From IMG/VR virus record IMGVR_UViG_3300047470_000520: 62,326 bases of DNA. One strand, 5' to 3'. Shown here piece by piece: positions 1 through 8,494 of the stretch; positions within the stretch are counted from its first letter, which is position 1, and every line of letters starts with the position of its first letter. The stretch comes from a virus. Lineage: Duplodnaviria > Heunggongvirae > Uroviricota > Caudoviricetes. The position numbers and the translations under genes were made by a program. Below the pieces are notes generated by a model that was not told the origin of the DNA, did no database searches, and saw only the letters and a list, made by a program, of their open reading frames with translations.

Positions 1-867
1 CAAAATGTCGAAACTGTTGTCGAAGTTTCCAATTATCTGGAATTCGGCCTGAGCCAGGTATTTTCCTCGCTCTCGCAGGACTATGAGGTCGCAAAGCCCA
101 TCGCCACTGGCTTGTTCTGTGTAGACAGTCGCCTTGCCAACGGCCTGGATCATCGTCGGGGCTGAACCGAGGAGGAAGTGCCTTTTTGTGCCCTTATTAA
201 ACCCCTCAATCCGAAATTGTTTGTTCAGGACGTCTTCGCGCACCCACGCTTGTTGAAGCTCACTGTACTTGAAGGTCTCACCGTCGACGTCCTTGGACTG
301 GAATGTCTCCTGAAGCTGCTCAGGGAGGGGGAGATCAAGCGCCGGGATGTCCATCAGAGCGCTCAAGTTGCGGTTCTGGCACAGCGAGAAGTATTGGTGA
401 ATCGCTTCCTTCTGATCAGGCTCAGAAGCATTGTACAGCTCGGCCAGGGCGCCCCAATGGATGTCTTGTGTGGTTAGGGAGGAGGCCAGGATGTACGTTT
501 GGAGCTGGTCGATGGAAAAACCCGCTTCTTCATCAGAGTATCGGTGCAGGTTTTGGGCGGTAACGGTCTCCAGGTCTTGCCGGGAGAGGATCTTTGTTCC
601 GAACGCAGTGGGCTGCAGGATTTTGAACAGGCGAGCAAAGGTTTCGTCGGACAACGACTGAACTGCCGCCACCTGCTCTCTGAAAACACCAGACGGATGC
701 TCAAAATTATCGACATTGAAATCTTCGTCACTGCCGCCGTCAGGGAACCGATCCAGGCCAGGTATGTGGTGCTTGAATTCCACATTGTGATGAAAATGCA
801 ACGAGTTGATGAACGGAAAGGCGTCCAGGGTGGGTACTGTGAGGCTGTCCGGTCTAGTCGTTGTCAT
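1..867 (-). CDS. Family B paralog (about 350 aa family), 3' end runs off the window; absent from ORF track
   Basis: Manual translation from ATG at 867: MTTTRPDSLTVPTLDAFPFINS...IHWGALAELYNASEPDQKEAIHQYF...LGSAPTMIQAVGKA. It is open to position 1 and has all internal family B motifs. Confidence 0.85.
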   Translation of the reverse strand, partial: MTTTRPDSLTVPTLDAFPFINSLHFHHNVEFKHHIPGLDRFPDGGSDEDFNVDNFEHPSGVFREQVAAVQSLSDETFARLFKILQPTAFGTKILSRQDLETVTAQNLHRYSDEEAGFSIDQLQTYILASSLTTQDIHWGALAELYNASEPDQKEAIHQYFSLCQNRNLSALMDIPALDLPLPEQLQETFQSKDVDGETFKYSELQQAWVREDVLNKQFRIEGFNKGTKRHFLLGSAPTMIQAVGKATVYTEQASGDGLCDLIVLRERGKYLAQAEFQIIGNFDNSFDIL

Positions 868-993
868 GGTCGCGATCCTGGTCTTGGTTTTCTACATTAT
901 CGGTGGTGAGCCTAGGCCTGAACAAGCCGCGACACCACCGTTTGATGCGCCGGTTGCTCATAGGGGACAATAACTTATGGACTGGAGTGATTC

Positions 994-1383
994 ATGAGCT
1001 CAGAACCGAAGAAATTTTCATTCAACCTAAACTTCAAGGGCGATGTCGATCCCAGTCAGCTCTTCTATATTCGTGGGTTTGCAGAGGCAAGCACGCCTGA
1101 AGAAGCCATCTTGAATTTAGCGCAAATACTGGATGGTACTCGCCACTACAAGCAGTTAGGCGGCAAGGGCTACACGCTGGATTCATTAGCCCTGGTTAGC
1201 ACAGGTAGAAAGCGAGTCATCAGCTTTAAGGCCCACGTGGAAATGACAAAGGTGAGTGTGAACTGGGGTACTGCTCGTTATGATTTTGTCGAGACTGCGT
1301 TTTGGGATGCTCTCATGAAGACCTTCCCTGAGCAGACGCAAATTTTTAAAGGCAAGATTCTGGAAGAAGCAATGGGTCTTTGA
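994..1383 (+). CDS. Family A hypothetical protein with C-terminal LEEAMGL
   Basis: 129 aa; shares A.T.EEAI.NLA.IL and AL...FPEQ..IFKGK.LEE with five neighbours. Confidence 0.85.
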   Translation: MSSEPKKFSFNLNFKGDVDPSQLFYIRGFAEASTPEEAILNLAQILDGTRHYKQLGGKGYTLDSLALVSTGRKRVISFKAHVEMTKVSVNWGTARYDFVETAFWDALMKTFPEQTQIFKGKILEEAMGL

Positions 1384-1410
1384 CGCTGACATTACAATTG
1401 GGGATGCCGT

Positions 1411-1845
1411 ATGGCACATGAACAGAAGAGATTTGGTTACAACCTGGTCTTTTGCGAGCAGAGCAAAGGCCAGAATGCCGCATGGAAATATTTTGGAAGT
1501 TTTGCTGCTGCCGACACGGCTGAGGAAGCAATTGAAAATTTGGCCAAGATATTGAGCGGTTCGACGTCCTTAAAGCAGCAGTTCGAGGAAGGCTCCAATG
1601 CCATATTGACCAAGTTCGAACTGGAAAGTGATGGCAAAAAATTGCTTAGCTTTAATGTGGGACTTGGCGATCCGGGCAAGATGGCATGGTTATTCTTGGG
1701 TCATGGTGGAATGCTTGGTGATCCGTGGAAACGCATCGTTTTCGATAATGTAAATAGAGATCTTTTGGATGCGTTGGTGAAGAACTTTCCAGCGCAGAAG
1801 CAGTTTTTCAAAGGCAAGGCGCTAGAAGAATCTCTTGGGCTTTGA
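1411..1845 (+). CDS. Family A hypothetical protein (LEESLGL)
   Basis: 144 aa tandem paralog. Confidence 0.85.
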   Translation: MAHEQKRFGYNLVFCEQSKGQNAAWKYFGSFAAADTAEEAIENLAKILSGSTSLKQQFEEGSNAILTKFELESDGKKLLSFNVGLGDPGKMAWLFLGHGGMLGDPWKRIVFDNVNRDLLDALVKNFPAQKQFFKGKALEESLGL

Positions 1846-1869
1846 TAATTAAATAATAACGGGTGCATT

Positions 1870-2274
1870 ATGAAACAAGATGATGTGAACTTTTCATTCA
1901 AACTTATGTTCAAGCAGACGTATGAAGGAAACTCTACTCGGTTTGGCGCTATTTCAAAATTTGCTACTGCGAAAACAGTTGATGAAGCTATCGGTAATTT
2001 GGCGAAAATTTTGAATGGTTCAATTCCTTACCAAAGTGACAAGGATTACGTGGTAGGTGACAAATTGCTTTCGATTGATTTGTTTGGGCCGAGCAGGAGA
2101 ATAGTGCTCGGATTTGAGGGTGTTGATGAGACGAAAAATGGCGTAATCGTTAACTGGAGCAGGGCCAGATATAAAGACGTTAACAGGGAGATGTTCGCCG
2201 CGCTGATGGAACACTTTCCGGAACAGAAGCAATTTTTCAAAGGCAAGGAACTGGAAGACGCTATGGGCCTTTGA
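1870..2274 (+). CDS. Family A hypothetical protein (LEDAMGL)
   Basis: 134 aa tandem paralog. Confidence 0.85.
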   Translation: MKQDDVNFSFKLMFKQTYEGNSTRFGAISKFATAKTVDEAIGNLAKILNGSIPYQSDKDYVVGDKLLSIDLFGPSRRIVLGFEGVDETKNGVIVNWSRARYKDVNREMFAALMEHFPEQKQFFKGKELEDAMGL

Positions 2275-2303
2275 CCCAATAACATTCACTTAAGGCCACC
2301 GGC

Positions 2304-2738
2304 ATGAAAGAAGCGAAAAGGAGGTTTGGGTACAAAATAGTTTTCCATGATCGGAACAAAGACATGACGATCAACTGGTATAACTTTCCAGATTTTGCGC
2401 CTGCAGACACGGCGGAGGAGGCGATTGAGAACTTGGCAGGGATTCTCGATAAGTCGATACCCTTTGAGCAATTGATTGAGGAAGGCAGCAAGGCAAAATT
2501 AACCAGGATCGAGCTGTTCGAAGGCGATAAGAAGCTGTTCAGAATTAATGGTATTAATGATGCAGAAAGTATTAGGAAAACGCCAGGTTTTAACATCAAA
2601 GACAATGTGCATGTGATGTGGAGGTATATGGTGTTTGATGATGTAAGTCGGGATGTTCTAGACGCCTTGTTGGTGACCTTTCCAGAGCAGAAACAGATCT
2701 TCAAGGGTAAGTTCCTTGAAAATGCCATGGGGCTTTGA
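2304..2738 (+). CDS. Family A hypothetical protein (LENAMGL)
   Basis: 144 aa tandem paralog. Confidence 0.85.
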   Translation: MKEAKRRFGYKIVFHDRNKDMTINWYNFPDFAPADTAEEAIENLAGILDKSIPFEQLIEEGSKAKLTRIELFEGDKKLFRINGINDAESIRKTPGFNIKDNVHVMWRYMVFDDVSRDVLDALLVTFPEQKQIFKGKFLENAMGL

Positions 2739-2759
2739 GCATCAGAAGGAGTTACGGTT

Positions 2760-3188
2760 TTGGAGCAAGAGATGAAGTTTGGATACAAAATGAGCTTCTG
2801 CGAACAGGTCGACAAAACAAAGATGCAAATGCATCATTTCTCGGGTTTTGCTCCTGCGCAAACGGCTTCCGAAGCGGTGGCCCATTTGGCAAACCTGCTC
2901 AACGGCACTTTGCCATTCAAGCACCTTCTTGAAAAAGGTTGCGTGGCCAGATTGACCAAAATTGATTTATTCGGCGGGGACAGTCTGATTTTCAGACTTC
3001 ATGCGCTCGAGGGATCTGTAAATTTGGCGGGTATTCCATGGTGGAAGAAGAGTACGCTCGAAGTGCATTGGGGATGGATGGATTTCGACAATGTCGACAG
3101 GGAAATGCTGGACGCTTTGGTGGCGACCTTTCCAGAGCAGCAGCGGATTTTTAAGGGGAAATTTCTTGAAGAAGCACTGGGTCTTTGA
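2760..3188 (+). CDS. Family A hypothetical protein (LEEALGL)
   Basis: 142 aa tandem paralog, GGAG RBS upstream. Confidence 0.85.
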   Translation: MEQEMKFGYKMSFCEQVDKTKMQMHHFSGFAPAQTASEAVAHLANLLNGTLPFKHLLEKGCVARLTKIDLFGGDSLIFRLHALEGSVNLAGIPWWKKSTLEVHWGWMDFDNVDREMLDALVATFPEQQRIFKGKFLEEALGL

Positions 3189-3221
3189 CGGAAAGCCGGC
3201 TCAGCTATCGCGAGGAGTATC

Positions 3222-3584
3222 ATGCAGCAAGAAAAAAATCAGTTCGTGATCAGGGCATTGATCTTCAGGGAGCACTCTGGATATGAGGACGTTCTTTCCT
3301 CACCGACACTGGGTGATGTACTAGAAAAATTCTCGGACATGATCAAAAAACAGAGCACGTACCATTCGTTGGGTGCGGAGATATTTGGCTTTGAGCTGCA
3401 CGGAAATGGAAAGCACTTGATGGATTTTCATGCTTCTCATAAAGGTCGCAAGGTAGAGATCACCTGGAAAGATACGGAGTTTCACATCGTGGATCACCGG
3501 CTGCTCAATGCTCTAAGCACAACCTTTCCAGAGCAAGCAGGACTGCTGAAAAGTAAGGCGCTCGAGGAAAGCCTCGGTCTATGA
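3222..3584 (+). CDS. Family A divergent member (LEESLGL)
   Basis: 120 aa; retains LLNALSTTFPEQ...KSKALEESLGL; GAGGAG RBS. Confidence 0.8.
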   Translation: MQQEKNQFVIRALIFREHSGYEDVLSSPTLGDVLEKFSDMIKKQSTYHSLGAEIFGFELHGNGKHLMDFHASHKGRKVEITWKDTEFHIVDHRLLNALSTTFPEQAGLLKSKALEESLGL

Positions 3585-3608
3585 CCGCGCCAGTGGCCCT
3601 GTAATCGC

Positions 3609-4730
3609 CTACAGGCCCAAAGCATCCTCAAGGTCATGAACCTTAGACCATTGCAGCCCTAACGCCTTCTCAACCCTGTACAGCGCCTCACGGAAGTCTT
3701 TCTGTGACACGGGTGGCGGTGTGTCTATCAGCGATTCCAGCCTGGCTACGTTAGCGAGGATTTTGTCCTTTTCGGAATCGAACGTATTGATCGAGCGCAG
3801 GGCGTACTTCTTCATACCCTGAATGTATGTAGCATCCGCTCCCATTTGATCCAGGTTCCATTTGAGCTTGGTGGTCACGCCTTTGCTGGCGATCACTTCG
3901 GCATGCGCAACCGGGTCAGAAAACAGGTAGATGTCTACACGCCAATTTCCAGCTGCATATTCATCATCTTTGAAGCACAGCGAAGCCTTGGCGATGGCCT
4001 GGTCAAGCGTCGGCGCACCCCCAATAAGGTAACGAGCATTGAGTGCGGTGAGCACGATGTCGATGCGGTACTGCTGGTGAAACCGATCATCCCTCAGCCA
4101 TTTCTGCTTTACGTCACTGAAGTGGTAGGTATCACCGTTTTTTGACCGGGTTTGGAATTCCTCTCTGACGCTGTCCGGCAGGGTTATCGCCGGGCCGGTG
4201 GTTTCGAGCAGGTCTTGAAGGCAAGCATCGTGAACATTCAAGAAGTATTGAAGGAGGGCTTCCTGCTGGTCGGGGGCTGAATCGTTGTAGAGGGTGGCGA
4301 CTTTTGCCCACTGAATGTTCTTGGTCGTATAAGCATGGAACATCAGGTAGGTCTGCAGTTGGTCGCTGGTATAAGGCCCGCAGTCATTTTCCTCATCTAC
4401 GACAAAGCTTGATGCCTTTCGGAAGGCGAGCGCCTCAAGGTCGGCTTTTGTCCTGATGTCAGTGTCATAGAGGTTTGGCTTGAGCAGTGCGGTAATGCCC
4501 TCGAAGGTCTTATCACTCATGGCCAGGATTGGCGCCATATGCTCATTGCGGACACTCGCAGGAAAATCGAAGTAGTCACTGGCCATCTGGTTGTATGAGT
4601 CGACGTCAGGCGCCATGGCCTCGCCGGTAGCGTCAGTGAACCCGGCAAAGTCCTTGTGGAACATTACGTTGATAAAGGGGTAGTCATTGAGGCTGGGTGG
4701 CTTCAGGATGGCAGGGCGCAGGGCGGTCAT
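3609..4730 (-). CDS. Family B hypothetical protein (WSKVHDLEDALGL)
   Basis: 373 aa; PPSL..YPFI N-terminus and W..VATLYNDSAPDQQEA core. Confidence 0.9.
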   Translation of the reverse strand: MTALRPAILKPPSLNDYPFINVMFHKDFAGFTDATGEAMAPDVDSYNQMASDYFDFPASVRNEHMAPILAMSDKTFEGITALLKPNLYDTDIRTKADLEALAFRKASSFVVDEENDCGPYTSDQLQTYLMFHAYTTKNIQWAKVATLYNDSAPDQQEALLQYFLNVHDACLQDLLETTGPAITLPDSVREEFQTRSKNGDTYHFSDVKQKWLRDDRFHQQYRIDIVLTALNARYLIGGAPTLDQAIAKASLCFKDDEYAAGNWRVDIYLFSDPVAHAEVIASKGVTTKLKWNLDQMGADATYIQGMKKYALRSINTFDSEKDKILANVARLESLIDTPPPVSQKDFREALYRVEKALGLQWSKVHDLEDALGL

Positions 4731-4787
4731 TGAGTGTGTCCTTGTACTGGCATGCCTTCATTATCCAGGCTGAGCATCCGTACACAC

Positions 4788-4814
4788 AAGAAAGCCAGCC
4801 GGGGCTTTTCTTTT
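4788..4814 (-). terminator. Intrinsic terminator-like hairpin between two family B genes
   Basis: AAGAAAGCC-agccg-GGGCTTTTCTT inverted repeat with A/T flanks. Confidence 0.5.
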
Positions 4815-4903
4815 GAGGCCAAAGCGACTGAGCTTCTTTCTAAGTTATTGTTTTTAAACGACTATGGTGAATTATGGTAAATTATAGAGTGATTATAGAG
4901 CGA

Positions 4904-5935
4904 CTATAGACCCAGGGCATCCTCGAGCTTGCTGACCTTGCTCCAGGACACACCAAATTCCTTTTCTGCGGCGAACAGGGCTTTCTCCAAACGTTCTTTG
5001 AGGGCCGGCGAGCCGGTTTTTTCAGTGTTCCACTGAAGCTTGATAGGGAGCTCTGGCTTGAACTCGCCAATCATCGAGTTGTACCTGCCATTGACCTCCG
5101 CCGAGGCAAAGCCATTACCTTCATGCCCGATAGACACCGACTGAATGGTCTTAGCGTTAGGGTCAAGGGCAAAGCGTGTCGCGTAAGCAACGGCCTCTTC
5201 CATCGTTCTGGCGGTTGCAATGGGGTATTGAGCGCCGCCATTTTTCCGTTCGAAACCAGTCACAGTGAAATTCAGGATCATGTTCGAGTCCTTAACAAAC
5301 CTTCCCCTCAAATCATCGTAGGTGCACGGTTTGCCATCAATCATCTTGGATTCCAGTACGGGCACCAGGTTTGCGGGTAAAGGCTCTGGCCCCTTCATCT
5401 CCAGCAGGTCTTCAAGCGAACGATTCAGGCAGCGGATGAAGAATTGGTGGATGGCTTCTTGTTGGTCAGGAGCGGATTCGTTGTAAAGGTCAACGACATG
5501 CCTCCAATCAACGTAGATTTCTCCTTTGGCGTGGTACAGCAAGTACGCCTGTGTTTGTTCAAGGCTCGCGCCATCAATGGCCGGCTGCCAGTCATCCTCG
5601 TTTACATCTGGATCTTCAGTCGTAGCGGCGACGACGAGGTCATCCCTGGTTTTTATATCAACGCCATTAATCTCGTAGCCAAAGCTGCCAATGAGCGCTC
5701 CAAACGTCGCATCGCTCATCGCGGCCAGCGGGGCCGTGTGCTCTGGATTGATTGAAGATGCCGGGTAGAAATGCTGATCACCGTATACCTCGTCATCAAA
5801 GTTCCACTCTTCCTCGGACTTACCGTAAGGAATCTGCACGTCTCCTTCAAATTTTCGGGAGTCATACAGCATGTAATTGATGTATTGGTAAGCGCTCAAT
5901 AGCGGCGGGGTGAGCTTGGCAGGTCTAGGCATCAT
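4904..5935 (-). CDS. Family B hypothetical protein (WSKVSKLEDALGL)
   Basis: ORF track gives 4904..5989; start moved to MMPRPAKLTPP (5935) to match paralog N-termini. Confidence 0.9.
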   Translation of the reverse strand: MMPRPAKLTPPLLSAYQYINYMLYDSRKFEGDVQIPYGKSEEEWNFDDEVYGDQHFYPASSINPEHTAPLAAMSDATFGALIGSFGYEINGVDIKTRDDLVVAATTEDPDVNEDDWQPAIDGASLEQTQAYLLYHAKGEIYVDWRHVVDLYNESAPDQQEAIHQFFIRCLNRSLEDLLEMKGPEPLPANLVPVLESKMIDGKPCTYDDLRGRFVKDSNMILNFTVTGFERKNGGAQYPIATARTMEEAVAYATRFALDPNAKTIQSVSIGHEGNGFASAEVNGRYNSMIGEFKPELPIKLQWNTEKTGSPALKERLEKALFAAEKEFGVSWSKVSKLEDALGL

Positions 5936-6209
5936 GAAATCCTTGGTAGTGCATAGCCCATTATCCGTCTGGAGACGAAGTGGCGACAACGCTTCGCTAT
6001 GGCTTAATGCACAGAACCGCGCCCAGGTGCTGTGCCGCGATGAAGGAGGGATGTGTAGCGGACATTTGCCATCGCTTGGGATGGCTGATGGTTACCTGTA
6101 TGACAGCCGCCTGCTCGACAACCAGTAGGGCTTTAGCAGCAAGCCAGATTTCCATTTAAATCTACTCATTGCTACCATTTTTTGGATAAAAACAAGAATT
6201 GGTATTGAT

Positions 6210-6803
6210 ATGCAACATGTTTCGATTGGCCAGGCGAGCGAATTATTGGGCGTTGCGGTTTCCACACTGCGCCGGTGGGAACGGGAGGGTCGCTTGCGAC
6301 CCTCTTTTCGCACTTGCGGTGGTCATCGCCGCTACTCGATGATGGATCTGAATAAAGTCGCCGGCAAGGCGCTCTCCGATGAGCGAAAAGTCGTGGCCTA
6401 CGCCAGAGTCTCTTCTCACGGTCAAAAAGATGATCTGGAACGCCAGCGCGACCGCCTGGAACAGCACTGCAAGGCGGTTGGCTATGCCAACCTCGAGCTG
6501 CTGACCGACCTCGGCAGTGGCCTGAATTACCAGAAAAAGTCGTTCCGAAAGCTGCTTAAAATGATTGCGCTGGGTCAGGTCTCGACTTTGGTGCTGATGC
6601 ACAAAGACCGCTTGCTGCGCTTTGGCGCGGACATCATTTTCGACCTGTGTAAACTCAATCAAACCGAGGTGGTGATTCTCGAAGAACCCGCCTCAACAAC
6701 CATTGAAAATCGCCTGGTGGCCGATGTCATTGAATTAATGACCGTGTTTTCCGCACGATTATATGGCGCCCGCTCTCATAAGCACCGAAAACTCGCTGCA
6801 TAA
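6210..6803 (+). CDS. tnpA: IS607-family transposase TnpA (MerR-like HTH + serine recombinase)
   Basis: N-terminal SIGQASELLGVAVSTLRRWE...GGHRRY; catalytic YARVSS, DLGSGLN, DRLLRFG; C-terminal FSARLYG.RS. Confidence 0.95.
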   Translation: MQHVSIGQASELLGVAVSTLRRWEREGRLRPSFRTCGGHRRYSMMDLNKVAGKALSDERKVVAYARVSSHGQKDDLERQRDRLEQHCKAVGYANLELLTDLGSGLNYQKKSFRKLLKMIALGQVSTLVLMHKDRLLRFGADIIFDLCKLNQTEVVILEEPASTTIENRLVADVIELMTVFSARLYGARSHKHRKLAA

Positions 6804-6806
6804 TGC

Positions 6807-6837
6807 AATTGACATATAGTCAATTAAGCTCTATATA
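6807..6837 (+). promoter_or_regulatory. Sigma70-like promoter for tnpB overlapping a palindrome
   Basis: TTGACA (6809-6814), 17 nt, TATATA; AATTGAC-ATATA-GTCAATT inverted repeat over the -35. Confidence 0.5.
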
Positions 6838-6844
6838 TCAATGA

Positions 6845-8494
6845 ATGACAACAACCAATCCAACGCGCACAACGACCATTCAGACTCGCCTCCCGCGCAG
6901 TCCGGATCTGGCCGTCACCGCCGCGCTGGATGCCTATGCCGAACTCTATTCCAACCTTGAGAGGGTCGCGATAGCGACCCTCTGCAAGGGCGGAAAGCTC
7001 GACAAAAAAGCCTTTCTGAAAAACCACGGCATCACCGGACGTCAGTACAACGCGTTGACCCGCAGTGCCGAAGGGAAAATCGATTCGCAACTGAGCAATT
7101 TCGAAAACTACATCGCCGAATGCCGAGCCAAAAGCGCTGGCCAGAAATTGCGTATCGAGAAAAAACAGGCACTGATTAAAGATCCGAAAAACGCGGCAAA
7201 AGTTGGTCGCCTGCACCAAGCGATTCGCCAGCACAAGTCGCGAATCCAGCGGCTGGAGGCCCGCAAAGCGGACTTCGAGCGCCAGCTCGCTGCCAAGCGC
7301 CCGTCGATCTGCATGGGCAGCCGAAAGCTGTTTCTGCAGCAGTTCAACTTGGCCGAAAATAACTTGGAAAACCATGCTGAATGGCTTGAGTTATGGCGCC
7401 GCGAACGAAGCAGCCAATTCTTCGTTGTGGGATCAAAAGACGAAACCAGCGGCTGCCAGGGCTGCGTAATCCTGCCGCAGGCCGATGGCCTGTACACGTT
7501 GCGTGTTCGCCTGCCAGACGCGCTGGAGGCCGATCACGGCCAGTATTGCTACATCACGGACGTGGCGTTCAGTCACGACCGCCACTGGCTGGATCAGGCC
7601 ATCGCCTCGAACCAGGCCCGCAAGGTCATGCAGGCCGAGTACAACCAGCGAGCGAAGGATCCCGAATTTGTTGGGCCTCTGGACAAGTCCTCGCGCTTTC
7701 TCGAAGCCTTCGGCCAGGCCCTGAGCTACCGCTTTGTCCGCGATGAAAATCGCGGCTGGCGCGTGCTGGTGACCACCGAGCGCAGTGGCCAGGAGATCAG
7801 CACAGACCGAAAAAACGGCTCCATCGGTGTCGATCTGAATAACCATCACCTGTCCGTGACGGAGATCGACCGCCGAGGCATCAAGGTCGGCTGCGCCGAC
7901 CTGCACTTTCGTAACGACGAAGACATCACCAGTGCGAAGACTGCCACGGCCTTGCAGATGGCAGCGGTCAGGATCGTTGAACAGGCCAAAGTTGCCGGCA
8001 AGCCGATTGTGATCGAGGATCTTGACTTCACCCTCAAGAAGGCCAAGCTGCAGAAGCAGAAGCCGGGCGCAGCCCGGCTGAACAAGGTCGTCAGCGCCTT
8101 GGTTTACCGCAAATTTCGCTCGATCATCCAGACCCGCGCCTTCAAGGAAGGGGTCGAAGTGATCGTGGTAAACCCTGCCTACACCAGTCTGATTGGCCGG
8201 CTGAAATACCTGAATCAAACAGCCAACAGCGTTCACCAGGCCGCAGGCCTGGTGATTGCACGTCGCGGCATCGGTTTCAAAGACCATCTGCCTCGAGAAT
8301 GTTCAGTACCCGTTGTGCGCCGACTGTGTACTTTTCTGCCGCCAGTGGATGGCCGAAAAGATGAATCACAAAGTCTCAAAAAGTGCATGACTGTGTACGG
8401 TAATTGGTACACGTCAACGATGGAAGCCGCGAGGAAACGAGTCAAATTGTCCCGTCTCCGAAGGGCTCCCGAGCTCGAACAAATCCTGTTCTAG
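6845..8494 (+). CDS. tnpB: IS607-associated TnpB-like RuvC protein, long atypical form (549 aa)
   Basis: RuvC-I IGVDLN, RuvC-II IVIEDLDF and VNPAYTS are present. No CxxC zinc finger. RuvC-III region reads SVHQAAGLVIARR. Confidence 0.85.
   Translation: MTTTNPTRTTTIQTRLPRSPDLAVTAALDAYAELYSNLERVAIATLCKGGKLDKKAFLKNHGITGRQYNALTRSAEGKIDSQLSNFENYIAECRAKSAGQKLRIEKKQALIKDPKNAAKVGRLHQAIRQHKSRIQRLEARKADFERQLAAKRPSICMGSRKLFLQQFNLAENNLENHAEWLELWRRERSSQFFVVGSKDETSGCQGCVILPQADGLYTLRVRLPDALEADHGQYCYITDVAFSHDRHWLDQAIASNQARKVMQAEYNQRAKDPEFVGPLDKSSRFLEAFGQALSYRFVRDENRGWRVLVTTERSGQEISTDRKNGSIGVDLNNHHLSVTEIDRRGIKVGCADLHFRNDEDITSAKTATALQMAAVRIVEQAKVAGKPIVIEDLDFTLKKAKLQKQKPGAARLNKVVSALVYRKFRSIIQTRAFKEGVEVIVVNPAYTSLIGRLKYLNQTANSVHQAAGLVIARRGIGFKDHLPRECSVPVVRRLCTFLPPVDGRKDESQSLKKCMTVYGNWYTSTMEAARKRVKLSRLRRAPELEQILF

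Noticed and set aside
178-909. Plus-strand ORFs 178..477 and 499..909
   Set aside because: Antisense shadows of the family B gene on the minus strand (1..867), which has clear paralog motifs.
5910-6128. 72 aa plus-strand ORF left of the IS
   Set aside because: It overlaps the start of a family B gene on the other strand, has no RBS or motif, and its stop coincides with the IS junction.
6130-6209. IStron (group I intron + IS607)
   Set aside because: Only about 80 bp precede tnpA, too short for an intron core, and the insertion is intergenic.
7433-8287. Long antisense ORFs (also 43471..44337, 49980..50600, 53387..54265, 55933..56589)
   Set aside because: They lie opposite well-supported genes; long shadow frames are expected with GC-rich third positions, and they show no motifs.
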